In this document: positions 1 to 11,127 of the stretch, piece by piece
Layout: every line of letters starts with the position of its first letter
Position numbering within the stretch: the first letter of the stretch is position 1
From: Octopus bimaculoides
Lineage: Eukaryota
Direction: 5' to 3'
Assembly: GCF_001194135.2 (NCBI RefSeq)
Contig: NC_068991.1
Location: 50,051,310-50,083,455, forward strand
DNA: 32,146 bases
Made by a program: the position numbers and the translations under genes
Notes under the pieces: model-generated
What the model saw: the letters and a program-made list of their open reading frames with translations, nothing else
What the model was told of the DNA's origin: nothing
The model's database searches: none

Positions 1-70
<70 letters not shown>

Positions 71-266
71 GTATATATGTAAGCATGTATGTATTTATGT
101 GTCTGTGTCTGTCTCTCTACAATCGCTTGACAACCGATGTTGGTGTGTTTACGTCTCCGTAATCTAGCGGTTCGGTAAAAGTGAGCGATTGAATAAGTAC
201 TAGGCTTACAAAGAATAATTCCTGGAGTTGATTTGTTCGACTAAAGGCGGTGCTCCAGCATGGCCA
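1..266 (+). mobile_element. SINE family A, 3' half (internal CA/TA microsatellite plus 3' domain), cut by the window start
   Basis: 121-266 (CGCTTGACAACCGATGTTGGTGTGTTTACG...CTAAAGGCGGTGCTCCAGCATGGCCA) matches the reverse complement of about 908-1060 and part of 12660-12747, and follows an (AC)n tract as in the other copies. Confidence 0.8.
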
Positions 267-329
267 TATATATATAAATATACACAAACACTATACTGAA
301 ATGATCGTAATAGTGCAGCAGATGAGATC

Positions 330-850
330 TAGGGAGAGGCTGAAAAAACTACAATTTTACTCCCTGGAGCGAAGGGGCGACAGATGTGTAATAATATGCA
401 TATGGAATATTTTGGAAGTGCTACTATTTCGGTATTGAGTGTTATAGAAATGCCTAAACTGGACACCGTTGTATTTTACCAAAGGTACAGTCCACTCCAT
501 CTCAATTCAGGACCAGGTACTGCAATAGCTTAGGGTTCAAAGGCGTGCAGCTGTTCAATACCCTGCCACATTGAGGACATAGATGTTTTCAAAAAGGAAC
601 TAGACATTCTCCTCTCCATAGTACCGGATGAACCGACGGACCGACATGAGTTACAGACGAGACCAGCGAAGTCAAACTCCCTCATACATCAAATGACTAA
701 CAACGAGGACAAAAGCACAGACAGGGGTGGTGGTATGAAACCCCACCACCCTGAGGAAATCAGCCTAAAGAAAATCATAAGTAGCGGTGCAAAATCACTG
801 TGGTGTTCCAGCATGACCGCAGCCGCATGGCTGAGACGAATAAAAGAATA
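330..850 (+). mobile_element. 5'-truncated, degenerate CR1/L2-like LINE: ORF2 C-terminus and 3' tail
   Basis: Translated pieces ERLKKLQFYSLERR..CVIICIWNIL, FRTRYCNSLGFKGVQLFNTLP and DVFKKELDILLSIVPDEPT..SNSLIHQM resemble the post-RT C-terminus of CR1/L2-clade LINEs (recognised by eye). Frameshifts and stops are present. Ends in TAAAAGAATA plus (TA)n. Confidence 0.7.
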
Positions 851-890
851 TATATATATATATGTTTATATATATAAGTTATCTTTTATG

Positions 891-1091
891 TTTTATCTTT
901 TACTTGCGGCCATGCTGGGGCAACGCCTTGAAAAATTCTTTAGTCGAACGAATCGACCTCAGTACTTATTTTTTATTAAGCCTGGTTCTTATTCTATCGC
1001 TTCCTTTTTGCCGAACCGATAATTTACGGAGACATAAACACATCAACACCGGTTGTCAAGTAGTGGTGGGAGACAAACACTGACACACACG

Positions 1092-1143
<52 letters not shown>

Positions 1144-1297
1144 ACTGGCTCTTTCAGCTTTTGTCTATCAAATCCACTCAAGACTTAGGTCGACTCGAGG
1201 CTATGATAGGAGACACTTACCTAAGGTGCCACGCAGTGGGACCGAACCCGGAATCATGTGGTTGGGAAGCAAGCTTCTTACCACACAGCCACGCCTT
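891..1297 (-). mobile_element. SINE family A, near full length, tRNA-like head plus internal (CA)n
   Basis: The minus strand reads AGGCGTGGCTGTGTGGTAAGAAGCTTGCTTCCCAACCACATGATTCCGGGTTCGGTCCC (A/B-box-like head). The head matches 10866-11017 and the 3' domain matches 121-266. Confidence 0.85.
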
Positions 1298-1886
1298 CAC
1301 CTGCAGTTGTTGAAAATTGAAATTGTTATGCATATTGACCCTCAAATCTCGTTGATTTTTCTGAAACCGAATGTTAGTAAATATTTGTTATTATACCAAA
1401 ATGCACGTATATTTTTAATATAATTGTAATAAAACGTGGACTCTTCTTCCTATTTCATTGGAAAATGTTAAGTTTTTCAACGATCATAGTAACCAGGTTT
1501 TCGAAAATATAACCTCAATTCTATGAAAGCCAATCCAATGTCTTACAGTAACTACATTTGCCACCAGCATTCCATTGTAGATAATGTATCCTGTGAGCAT
1601 ATCGATGTTGCTGTCAATGAAGATTTTGGCATTGGAATGTCTTTGATTATGTGGATGCAGTGTAATAGTCGATCATGAGCGACAACAAGCCTTGATGGCT
1701 CGATGGGTCGATGGGTCGATGGGTCGATGTATACATGTCGATATATTATCTAAATGCATGTTACATATATTATATATAGATATACATGTATAAATGTATA
1801 TAAAATATATCTATTATATATCATATTATTTATACGTGTGTGTGTGAATATATATATACACATATATATATATAAAATCATATATC

Positions 1887-1951
<65 letters not shown>

Positions 1952-2074
1952 TTATATATACATATTATTTATATACATATATATTAATTATTGGCTCCTG
2001 AATGAGAGGATCTCTTCAGTCTAATAACGTAGTATTCGTTGTTCTAACAAACCATCCATGTTTATATATATATA

Positions 2075-2318
2075 GTGGCCTAGTGGTTAGGTGGTTGCAC
2101 TCGCGATCGCTAGATTGTGGGTTCGATTCCCCGACCGAGCGGGGTGTTGTGTTCTTGAGCAAAACACTTCAGTTCACGTTGCTCCAGTCCCCCTTTCAAT
2201 CAACACACACACAGAGGGGGTGTCGTTATTTGAGAGCTAAAACAATGCAAAAAGAGCATTGTGATCAGCGATGTGTAACAACATCTGATAGCCAGGTCGG
2301 CCACTTGATCAGGTGATA
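2075..2318 (+). mobile_element. tRNA-derived SINE (family B-type head with a different 3' tail)
   Basis: A box GTGGCCTAGTGGTTAG and B box GGGTTCGATTCCC, followed by GTGTTCTTGAGCAAAACACTTCAGTTCACGTTGCTCCAGTCC, which is shared with the SINE at 9501-9823. Confidence 0.75.
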
Positions 2319-2320
2319 TA

Positions 2321-3430
2321 TAGAGTGCGTAAGATATTTGAGGACAGATTTATGTTTATAAAAAACAGATATATAATAACAGATAATAACTTTATCAAAA
2401 AAATGCTATGAGGATAAAAATAAACTTTCTTTTCTATAATGTTATTTAATAAAGCTACCTTCATCTTCAACAACTGCTTCTATATGAGATCTAAATCATC
2501 TACATACTCGAATCAAGCGGTCCTGGTTCATTTTTGCCATTACTCTGACTATAGCAGCTTTCAAAGAATCTCTGGTGTTATGGGCATGTTCATTGACCTC
2601 TTTCTCAACAACACTCCTCATATAATAGTCCAATGGATTGAGATCTGGGGAATTAGGAGGCCAAATGTTAGGGGTCATGTGATCATGAAAATTTTAAACC
2701 ATCCATTCTTGTGTTACTAGAAGCATGCGTGAAAGTGCAGAGTCCTACTGAAACATATATAGTCTTCCATTGCATACACTGTCTATCCAAGGCATAACAA
2801 TTATTTCCAGGACCTCAATATAGGCGGTAGAGTTAACTCTAAGGCCTTGTGGAAAGAAGTAAGGAAGCATCACATGTTCTTCATTGCTGACAGCCCCTAA
2901 AACGATGACAGTTGCAGGAAATTTTATATGCATGACACTTGGAACTTCAGAAGGGTCTGTCATTTCTTCTGTTACCTTTTTGATCTTGGTCGAAGCTTTT
3001 CTCGTTTGTGAAAAACCAAATCAAATCTTCTTCTGCTGGATTTTTCAGTTTGTTTAAGATAAGATGTAATGATTTTCTTTTGCTTTTTCTGACAAATTGA
3101 CCTTTCCTCATCATATAAAACTTATATCTGATGTCTTCGTGGACAACATTTCTGACTGTTCCTTCTGACACACGGAAATCTTTTGCAATTGACCTCATGG
3201 ACTTTCTAGGATTGACCTCATGGACTTTCTAGGTCTGTTGAACTTGTTGGATAAATTCTGATGATTTCAGAACGTTTAGAATGCTTTTTATTCTTTCCAT
3301 CTCTCGCTCCTCACAAACTTTGTAGACGAAAGATCTGGCAACTTTTAAAAATCGAGATATTTCTAAATCACTATGCTCAGCCTTTATAACCACAATAACA
3401 GCATGTCTCTTCATTTCTTGAGTAAGCATG
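2321..3430 (-). mobile_element. maT-family (DD37D) Tc1/mariner element, 5' TIR missing
   Basis: Transposase remnant on the minus strand. A degenerate terminal sequence TAGAGTGCGTAAGAT next to TA lies at about 2321. The 5' end is cut by (TATG)n at about 3427. Confidence 0.85.
2442..3429 (-). pseudogene. DD37D transposase pseudogene
   Basis: Motifs: HTH region (MRSIAKDFRVSEGTVRNVVHED), WFFTNEKSF (first Asp changed to Asn), Q*DSA, and WPPNSPDLNPLDYY. I count 37 codons between the second and third Asp. Several stops and frameshifts, plus a 23-bp tandem duplication (3188-3210 / 3211-3233). Confidence 0.9.
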
Positions 3431-3493
3431 TATGTATGTATGTATGTATGTATGTATGTATGTATGTATGTATGTATGTATGTATGTATGTAT
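3427..3493. repeat. (TATG)n microsatellite
   Basis: Direct reading. Similar (TATG)n tracts occur at about 3797-3853, 6139-6189 and 23166-23212. Confidence 0.95.
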
Positions 3494-3494
3494 G

Positions 3495-3655
3495 GCGTAG
3501 TCTTTCTGAAAATTTTGAGAACGTTGGGTATTTCTTATCCCAATATTCTTTAAGTCTTTTCATGTAGTCTATTAAGGGATCTTCACAAGGATTTCTGTAG
3601 AACTGGTATAGGCCTTGGTTCACTTCCAAAGTTCACTAGAATTTTTCTCGATAAT
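3495..3655 (-). mobile_element. possible N-terminal fragment of a non-LTR retrotransposon ORF (R4/Dong-like)
   Basis: The minus frame reads REKF**TLEVNQGLYQFYRNPCEDPLIDYMKRLKEYWDKKYPTFSKFSERLR, reminiscent of the KWT..N..Y....GY..R....W...P....EQRL N-terminal motif of such ORFs. Recognised from memory only. Confidence 0.35.
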
Positions 3656-3857
3656 TCAATAGCTGACTTCGATTTCTTTTGTCACCCTGGTGTATGTAGA
3701 GTAATTTTCCACGCGGTATGTATCTCACAGTTTGATTACTGCAATGAGTGTAATTCTTTGCATTTACTTAAAGAAGATAACCATTTCTATTTATGCATGT
3801 ATGTATGTATGTATGTATGTATGTATGTATGTATGTATGTATGTATGTATGTACGCA

Positions 3858-3889
<32 letters not shown>

Positions 3890-5563
3890 CACACACAATC
3901 AAGCATAAAATCGCTGATTTTATATTTTTATTGTTTAGAAATGGATAAATCCCTCATCACTGTCTTCTGAAGCCTTTGGAAAAGAAGAAATGTAGATTAC
4001 TCGTTAAAAAAAATATTTTATCGTCTCTTGTCAGATCATCTTAAAATGATTTCGTTTTCAATTTAAATATCAAGAGTATGCCAGCATAGAAGGTACGTGC
4101 ATTTTCAGGATCCAACCGGAACTCCACCATATTTCCTCAATTTGCAACTACGACTCATAAAAAAAAATTAAAAAACTGGAATTGAAATGGGTTCACCGAA
4201 AATCGAACCAATATTGTTACTGAAAGCTTAATTACCATTTTACAACTTTTACATTTAACTAGTTATTCCTGATAGGTATTCTATAATGATCAGCACTCAA
4301 AAAAAGTAACAAAATGTGATTTGTGTGTTCTTGTTGGCATTAATGGAAATAGAGAATGCAAGAAAGTGCAATTTTTTTTCACTACAACATGTGAATATTC
4401 ATAATATATCGAATTGGAATCTAGTCAATTTGAGTGATATTTTGAGAGAAAAACTATTTATCGTCTCAAAATCCATTTCTTGCATGCTTCTGCTGGACAT
4501 GTCTTTCCCTAAAATATTGTATTATTAAAAGATATCTTTTATGTACATACGTACACACAAATAGTTACACACACATATAAATAAACAACTGTATACATAT
4601 AACCGTTATACAGAAGCATACACTTATTAATATACAGCCGAAAATCTATTTTCTATTCTGTTATATCTGACAGACAATTAAAAGCTTTGCCGAGAATGAA
4701 GCCGATATACAACTTTTCTTCTTCTCAATGAATGATGATTTTTAAGGAGATGAGATCGATAAGATAATGTAGACCAAGCGAGAAATGTTCATCATGCTTT
4801 GGACATAGAATGTGAATTTGTTATTTTAGAGGGGAAATCAAATGAAAAGTATGTGATCGATACTGAGAGGCATCGAAGACATATTTTTGACTTGTTTAAA
4901 ATGATGTCTTAAAAATCTTGTCTTTCAAATAAAATGGTTAAAATAAAAAGACCCCCTTCCCCGCAAAAAAAATATTTAGACAAACTCTAGAACTATGAAT
5001 ATAATTAAATATGTCGCCATTTTAATTTTCGAAAATAAGCGATTGTTAAATATTAATGATAATGAACTGTCTGAGTTATTGCACAAAATTTGAACTTTAG
5101 TTTAAAATATATTTTCACTAAAAGCAAGCCTGGTATAAAATCAGAAGGCTTCGAAACATGGATAGTTGGCACATTCTCCGAAGATAGTTTCCACTAAAAA
5201 ATGTTAACATAATAAGGAAAGAGTTTTAAAACTATTCGATTCGCCATCATAAATGTAATACATTTTCTTTTCATAATCCTCTATCAACTGCTGACTCTAT
5301 CAAATGCCAGACATCAAATAATAGAAAACAAAATCAGTATTGACTTATTTCAAAAAGAACATTGTAATTCTGTGACATTTACGGAATTCTCAAGGATATA
5401 AATTACCAGTGAGAAGAGAAAAACTTCCAGCTGAGAATCAGAACTGAACTTCCTTAAGCAGCTGCCTTTAATTTGTGGTGGATGCAGACACTCCCGATAA
5501 TTATTTATGTATATATATATGTATATATATATATGTATATATATATATGGGTGTGTGTGTGTA

Positions 5564-5598
<35 letters not shown>

Positions 5599-6193
5599 AT
5601 GTATTTATGAATGTATGTATACGTGTGTGTTTGTATAATTATCAACATGGAGAGTAGAGTGAGCAAATTGTTTTATTACATGAACTTACAATCGTTTCAC
5701 CAACATTTGAGCATAAGAGTATTGTTCCATTATTATATAATATATGCAACTACAGACTCAAAGTGTATCATTATATCGATCTTATCGTATATCAGCTCAT
5801 CAGAATGCTATATATAATATATTTGCTACAAACCCTATATTATCACGAATTTATACCCATAGCCAGTAGGTTTGTTAATATATCACAAGTAAAACTAAGA
5901 ACGAAAAAAAAAAACCCAACAAAGTGATAAATGCAGAATAAACGGCCTTCCTTGTTATATATTAATTCTACGCATATTATGGAATTTTGAAGAAATAATC
6001 TGTAAAGGCTCGATCTCTGATTTATAATCACTTCCATTTTTATGAACCCTTTGAAGAGCTTAAAACAATAAACTTCATGGTAACACACGAATGAAATTGC
6101 TATTACACAAACACACACACACGCACGTACGTACGTACGTATGTATGTATGTATGTATGTATGTATGTATGTATGTATGTATGTATGTATCTA

Positions 6194-6281
<88 letters not shown>

Positions 6282-6894
6282 NNNNNNNNNNNNNNNNNNN
6301 NNNNNNNNNNNNNNNNNNNNNNNNNNNNNNNNNNNNNNNNNNNNNNNNNNNNNNNNNNNNNNNNNNNNNNNNNNNNNNNNNNNNNNNNNNNNNNNNNNNN
6401 NNNNNNNNNNNNNNNNNNNNNNNNNNNNNNNNNNNNNNNNNNNNNNNNNNNNNNNNNNNNNNNNNNNNNNNNNNNNNNNNNNNNNNNNNNNNNNNNNNNN
6501 NNNNNNNNNNNNNNNNNNNNNNNNNNNNNNNNNNNNNNNNNNNNNNNNNNNNNNNNNNNNNNNNNNNNNNNNNNNNNNNNNNNNNNNNNNNNNNNNNNNN
6601 NNNNNNNNNNNNNNNNNNNNNNNNNNNNNNNNNNNNNNNNNNNNNNNNNNNNNNNNNNNNNNNNNNNNNNNNNNNNNNNNNNNNNNNNNNNNNNNNNNNN
6701 NNNNNNNNNNNNNNNNNNNNNNNNNNNNNNNNNNNNNNNNNNNNNNNNNNNNNNNNNNNNNNNNNNNNNNNNNNNNNNNNNNNNNNNNNNNNNNNNNNNN
6801 NNNNNNNNNNNNNNNNNNNNNNNNNNNNNNNNNNNNNNNNNNNNNNNNNNNNNNNNNNNNNNNNNNNNNNNNNNNNNNNNNNNNNNNNNNNNNN
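6282..6894. other. assembly gap (N run)
   Basis: N run flanked by microsatellites. Other gaps are at 12464-12541, 15337-15898 and 29551-29560. Confidence 1.
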
Positions 6895-7157
6895 TATGTG
6901 ATAATCCGTATCACAGTCGCTCCCTCTATGCGGATCACTCCCTCTATGCGGATCACTCCCTGACAGTGTATTTGAAAAGCTATAAACAGTGAAAGCACTT
7001 AACGCAATACAAATATCTCCTTCCAAAATGATTCGTGTCATTCTGGTTTTATTTTTAAAAGTTGATTCTTATCTAATTAATAATTTTTAAGTTAAGAAAA
7101 TCTGTTTTCAAATATTGTGACCGCACCAAGAATGTTTTGCAAAAACTGTTTGCATGC

Positions 7158-7194
<37 letters not shown>

Positions 7195-7278
7195 CGGAGG
7201 GAGGAAAAGAGAGTGGGAAGAAGGAGAGAGAGACGGAGGGAAGAAAAGAGAGTGGGAAGAGAGAGAGAGAGAGAGAGA
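7158..7278. repeat. GA-rich compound microsatellite
   Basis: (GA)n with an imperfect internal duplication of about 33 bp. Other (GA/CT)n tracts are at about 16804-16908 and 17831-17894. Confidence 0.9.
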
Positions 7279-7875
7279 GCTCTATGGTTTTATTTGAGCA
7301 TGTAGCTTGTTTATCTGATTTGATCGTTAATGGCTACTTGTTGATGGCATTAAGTTTCTGACTCTTTTATCATTGGTCACGTTCTTAGCCATACATTGAA
7401 TACTTATTTTTTACGAAATGAACCTTTACTTTCTCTCGGGGAGGCGTTATTGTTGGATAGACTCATGTAGGACATTACATGTTCTAATCATGTTGAAGTT
7501 CGAATGAAATACAGAAACATCTAGTCGCATTTAAAATTTCTAAAATGAACCATCGACAAAATCGACCAGAATCGACCAGAATCGACCACGAGCATCGTAT
7601 TTCTATTTCACAGCCAAATATACCATTTTTCTTGCTGTATCAACGGAATTATCCAACTTCTTCAGCTTTTAAAATGTAGAGTACATATTTTAGGTCGTCA
7701 CGAATAGGAGATGACTACGAGCAGAAAGGAAAGATTAGAGAAATCTAATCTAGATCAAGTTGTCACGATTACATGCAAAATCTAGAGATTGATCTGGAGT
7801 TTCACTCAATCGCTTATTCGATCAAATGAAGGAGATAATGTTTTATGATCGGTACAGTCACCATCATCTCCACAA

Positions 7876-7995
7876 GACGACGACGACGACCACCACCACC
7901 ACCACCGCCATAGCCGTCGGCGACACCACCACCACCATCGCCGCCGCCACTGCCACCATCACCATTTATACTCAACAACAACCACAGCAACAACA
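7876..7995. repeat. compound trinucleotide repeat (GAC/CAC/GCC/CAA)
   Basis: Direct reading. It explains the low-complexity ORFs 7814-7996 and 7826-8173. Confidence 0.9.
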
Positions 7996-8355
7996 AAACA
8001 TACCATCGACCACGTTTATGTCATGCGGTCTGGTTCGAAAATTGATGTTTGTCCACTCAACGACCAGTGCATCAGCAGTAAAGGCAACTGCAACGATAAC
8101 AACAATAACGACTAGGGTAACAACAACAACAGCAACAACAACATTTTCACCGTTTGCTGAAGACTTAATATGATTCGTAAACCCGACGGAAGCAGGCATA
8201 TTGCTTAACTGAGCCAAATATAGAAAACACCGAGAAAAAAATAAAGGGGAAAATGGAGGACGCCAACGAAAAGGAAATCGATATAAAAGATGGAGTAGTG
8301 AGTTGAAAAGGAATTTGTTTAGAGTAGCTGCATCGAAGAGGCCAGGGAATAGAAC

Positions 8356-8769
8356 AAAGAAGACATGCACCCAACACCAAAGCTGAAGACACCTCCGAAA
8401 GGGGAGGGCCCCGCCACGTCAAAACGGTAGAGGAGTAGGGGCCGAAACCGGACGTGGTTCCTCCTGATGATGTCTTCAGCTAACTGGATCCTAATCCACA
8501 AAGGGAAGGTATGTCGGAAGAAAGTAATTCAACAACGCGGGTTGATGAACCGTAAGACGTGGCCAGAACCTCCTGGAAAATAACCATAGTGAGGGACATT
8601 CCACAGTTGAATTAGTACAGTCACAAACAGTGAAAGAAGACATGCACCCAACACCAGAGCTGAAGACACCTCCAAAAGGGGTGGCCCCGCCACGTCAAAA
8701 CGGTAGAGGAGTAGAGGCCGAAACCGGACGTGGTTCCTCCTGATGATGTCTTCAGCTAACTGGATCCTA
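8356..8769. repeat. pair of about 138-bp direct repeats (8356-8493 and 8633-8769) around a 139-bp unique spacer
   Basis: The copies run from AAAGAAGACATGC to GGATCCTA and differ by about 4 substitutions and 1 indel. The flanks differ. No TG..CA ends or TSD were seen. Confidence 0.95.
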
Positions 8770-8939
8770 TAAAGGAGCTGTTGTGGTAGCAGACCACGAG
8801 ACATAGTTGAAATTCCTTCCTCCTTTATAATTTAATATTTTACCAAAATAAGTTTCTTGAGCCAAAGAACTTATAAAAATAATGGGTAGTGTATTTAGAT
8901 TAATATTTCTTGATTTATCCCCCCATTCTCGTGATAAAA

Positions 8940-8973
<34 letters not shown>

Positions 8974-9500
8974 GGAGCATTTCATGGTGGACTGGATGCA
9001 GTCTAAAAGACGTTTATAGTCGCTTTTAAAGGGTAATCGAATTCATTCAATAAAAAGAAGGAATTATTTGTTTGGAACCGTATTGTGATTTACCAAATCG
9101 ATTGGGTAACATTATGATATTTCTGATAATGAAATGTTAATGGGGACGCAGCAAGAAAATTGAGAATAAATTAAAAGTGGAATAACAATAAAATACACAT
9201 GCTTTACAATTGCAATCAATCTAATGGATCAGCATTAGAGACCAAATGAAAGGTTACTGAATAAAAAACATTCGAGGATAAATGTATGCAACATAAATCT
9301 AGTCGTTCATATATAGAGAAAAACTTGACATTATAATAAAGGATGTATAAGATTGATTTAAAACGTAAGATTAAGAGATCATCAAATATATTGGTAACTC
9401 AACCACATGTGTGTGTATGTATGTATATATAAGTATATGTGATATATAAATGTTTATAATTATATATATATCTATATACTTATATACGTACATGAGTAAG

Positions 9501-9823
9501 GAGCACTCCGTCGGTTACAACGACGGGGTCCCAGCTGATACGATCAACGGAACAGCTTGCTCGTGTAATTAACGTGCAAGTGACTGAGCAATCCACAGAC
9601 ACGTGTACCCTTAACGTAGTTTTCAGGGAGATTCAGCGTGACACAGAGTGTGACAAAGCCGGCCTTTTGAAATACAGGTACTACTCATTTTTGCCAGCTG
9701 AGTGGACTGGAGCAACGTGAAATAAAGTGTCTTTCTCAAGGACACAAAGTGTCGCCGGGAATTGAACTCACGACTTTACGATTGTGAGCCGAATGCCCTA
9801 ACCACTAAGCCACGCGCCTTCAC
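9501..9823 (-). mobile_element. full-length tRNA-derived SINE (family B1) with an 11-bp target-site duplication
   Basis: Minus-strand head GTGAAGGCGCGTGGCTTAGTGGTTAGG with B box GAGTTCAATTCCC. ACATGAGTAAG flanks both sides (9490-9500 and 9824-9834). The 3' half matches about 13440-13615. Confidence 0.9.
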
Positions 9824-10319
9824 ACATGAGTAAGTACATACATAAATAAGTACACACACACACATACAGGTGTATATACAGGTGTATATTTAAAATATTA
9901 ATGTGCATTCAAATGTGGAAAGACCTTCGCTGCTGAAAATGTTTTGGAGAGAAATTCGCCATTTAAAGAAAATGTGTGTAAACACTCCCCGTGGCTATGT
10001 ATGATAACATCTATCGTAACACTTCATCAGCAACAGATATCGTATTTGTCCGTCGTTCATAGCCCACTAAAAACTGCCATTCTTGTATTTCAGTTGCAAA
10101 TAGTAAATTTGCTGATGTGCATAATGTTTTTTTTTAAATTTCAAGCTGTAATTAATTAACAAGAATTGCAAGAAGTAGCAGCGTAGATTGAAATATATGT
10201 GAACACAATTACATTTAAACACGGCCACGTATACTTAAACGTGAAAAGACCTTCGCTACAAAAGTTGTCTCGGGAGAAAAATTCATGCAATTATTATTAA
10301 TTAACAAAAGTCGGCAGAG

Positions 10320-10465
10320 GATTCACATTCACCATGAAAATTTGCGACCACACACATCTTTTGCAACAAATCAAGTAATCGGCAAATTGGGGCTTGTCTG
10401 TAGTCTCTTATATACTGTACAGCCCAGATCTGGTGCCCTTCGACATTCACCTCTTCGGTTCAAAG
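10320..10465 (+). pseudogene. degenerate mariner transposase fragment (catalytic C-terminal part)
   Basis: HHENLRPHTSFATNQVIGKLG and, in another frame, YSPDLVPFDIHLFGS correspond to the mariner HDNARPH and YSPDLAPSDYHLF motifs. Confidence 0.7.
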
Positions 10466-10582
10466 AAGGACAGAGTTAAACTAACATGGGCAATTTAAAC
10501 GACCTCTGTCAGTTAATGGAAAGTTATGCTCACTTTTGCATTACGTTTGGAACAATCCTTATGTGGATTGTGTAGATATCTG

Positions 10583-10584
<2 letters not shown>

Positions 10585-10650
<66 letters not shown>
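10585..10650. repeat. (TATC)n microsatellite
   Basis: Direct reading. Confidence 0.95.
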
Positions 10651-10651
<1 letters not shown>

Positions 10652-10717
10652 CTATGTATACACGTGTATAGACATGTGCATATGTACATATGTATACACA
10701 CACACACACACACACAT

Positions 10718-10752
<35 letters not shown>

Positions 10753-11034
10753 CTAATACACTTGCTTGTTGATCCTACACGTGTCTTCGTTTTTTGTTTT
10801 CTGTAAATTTGAACTATATATATATGTATGTATGTTTGTATGTATGTATATGCATATGTATATGCTTTGTGGTAAGAAGTTTGCTTCCCAACCACATGAT
10901 TCCAGCGTCAGTCCCACTGCGTGGCACCTTAGTTAAGTGTCTTCCACAATAGCCTCGGGCCAACTAAAGCCTTGTGAGTGGATTTCGTTGACGGAAACTG
11001 AAAGAATCCCGTCGTATATACATACATACATACA

Positions 11035-11119
<85 letters not shown>

Positions 11120-11127
11120 CATATATA

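Noticed and set aside
5765-5810. Minus-strand CTGATGA motifs here and near 30070
   Set aside because: Helix II or the GAAA/helix III geometry cannot form, and single 7-mers are expected by chance.
6921-6960. 18-bp tandem repeat next to a gap, with CACTG nearby on the minus strand (CACTA-like end?)
   Set aside because: Only about 2 units are visible and the rest is hidden in Ns, with no second terminus. The 8-bp (about 1700-1728) and 10-bp (about 7560-7588) repeats are likewise ordinary slippage.
6075-7041. Long ORFs of 200-300 aa here and at 15266-16147
   Set aside because: They are open only because they run through N gaps and microsatellites.
8150-8200. CTGAAGA..TTCGTAAAC with CCGT/ACGG flanks
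   Set aside because: No proper helix II or GAAA. It could be a decayed hammerhead but cannot be supported.
9905-10285. About 45-bp imperfect direct repeat (GAAAGACCTTCGCT) and a CAFKCGKTF zinc-finger-like peptide
   Set aside because: No His ligands or TGEKP linker, and preceded by a stop. More likely decayed repeat sequence.
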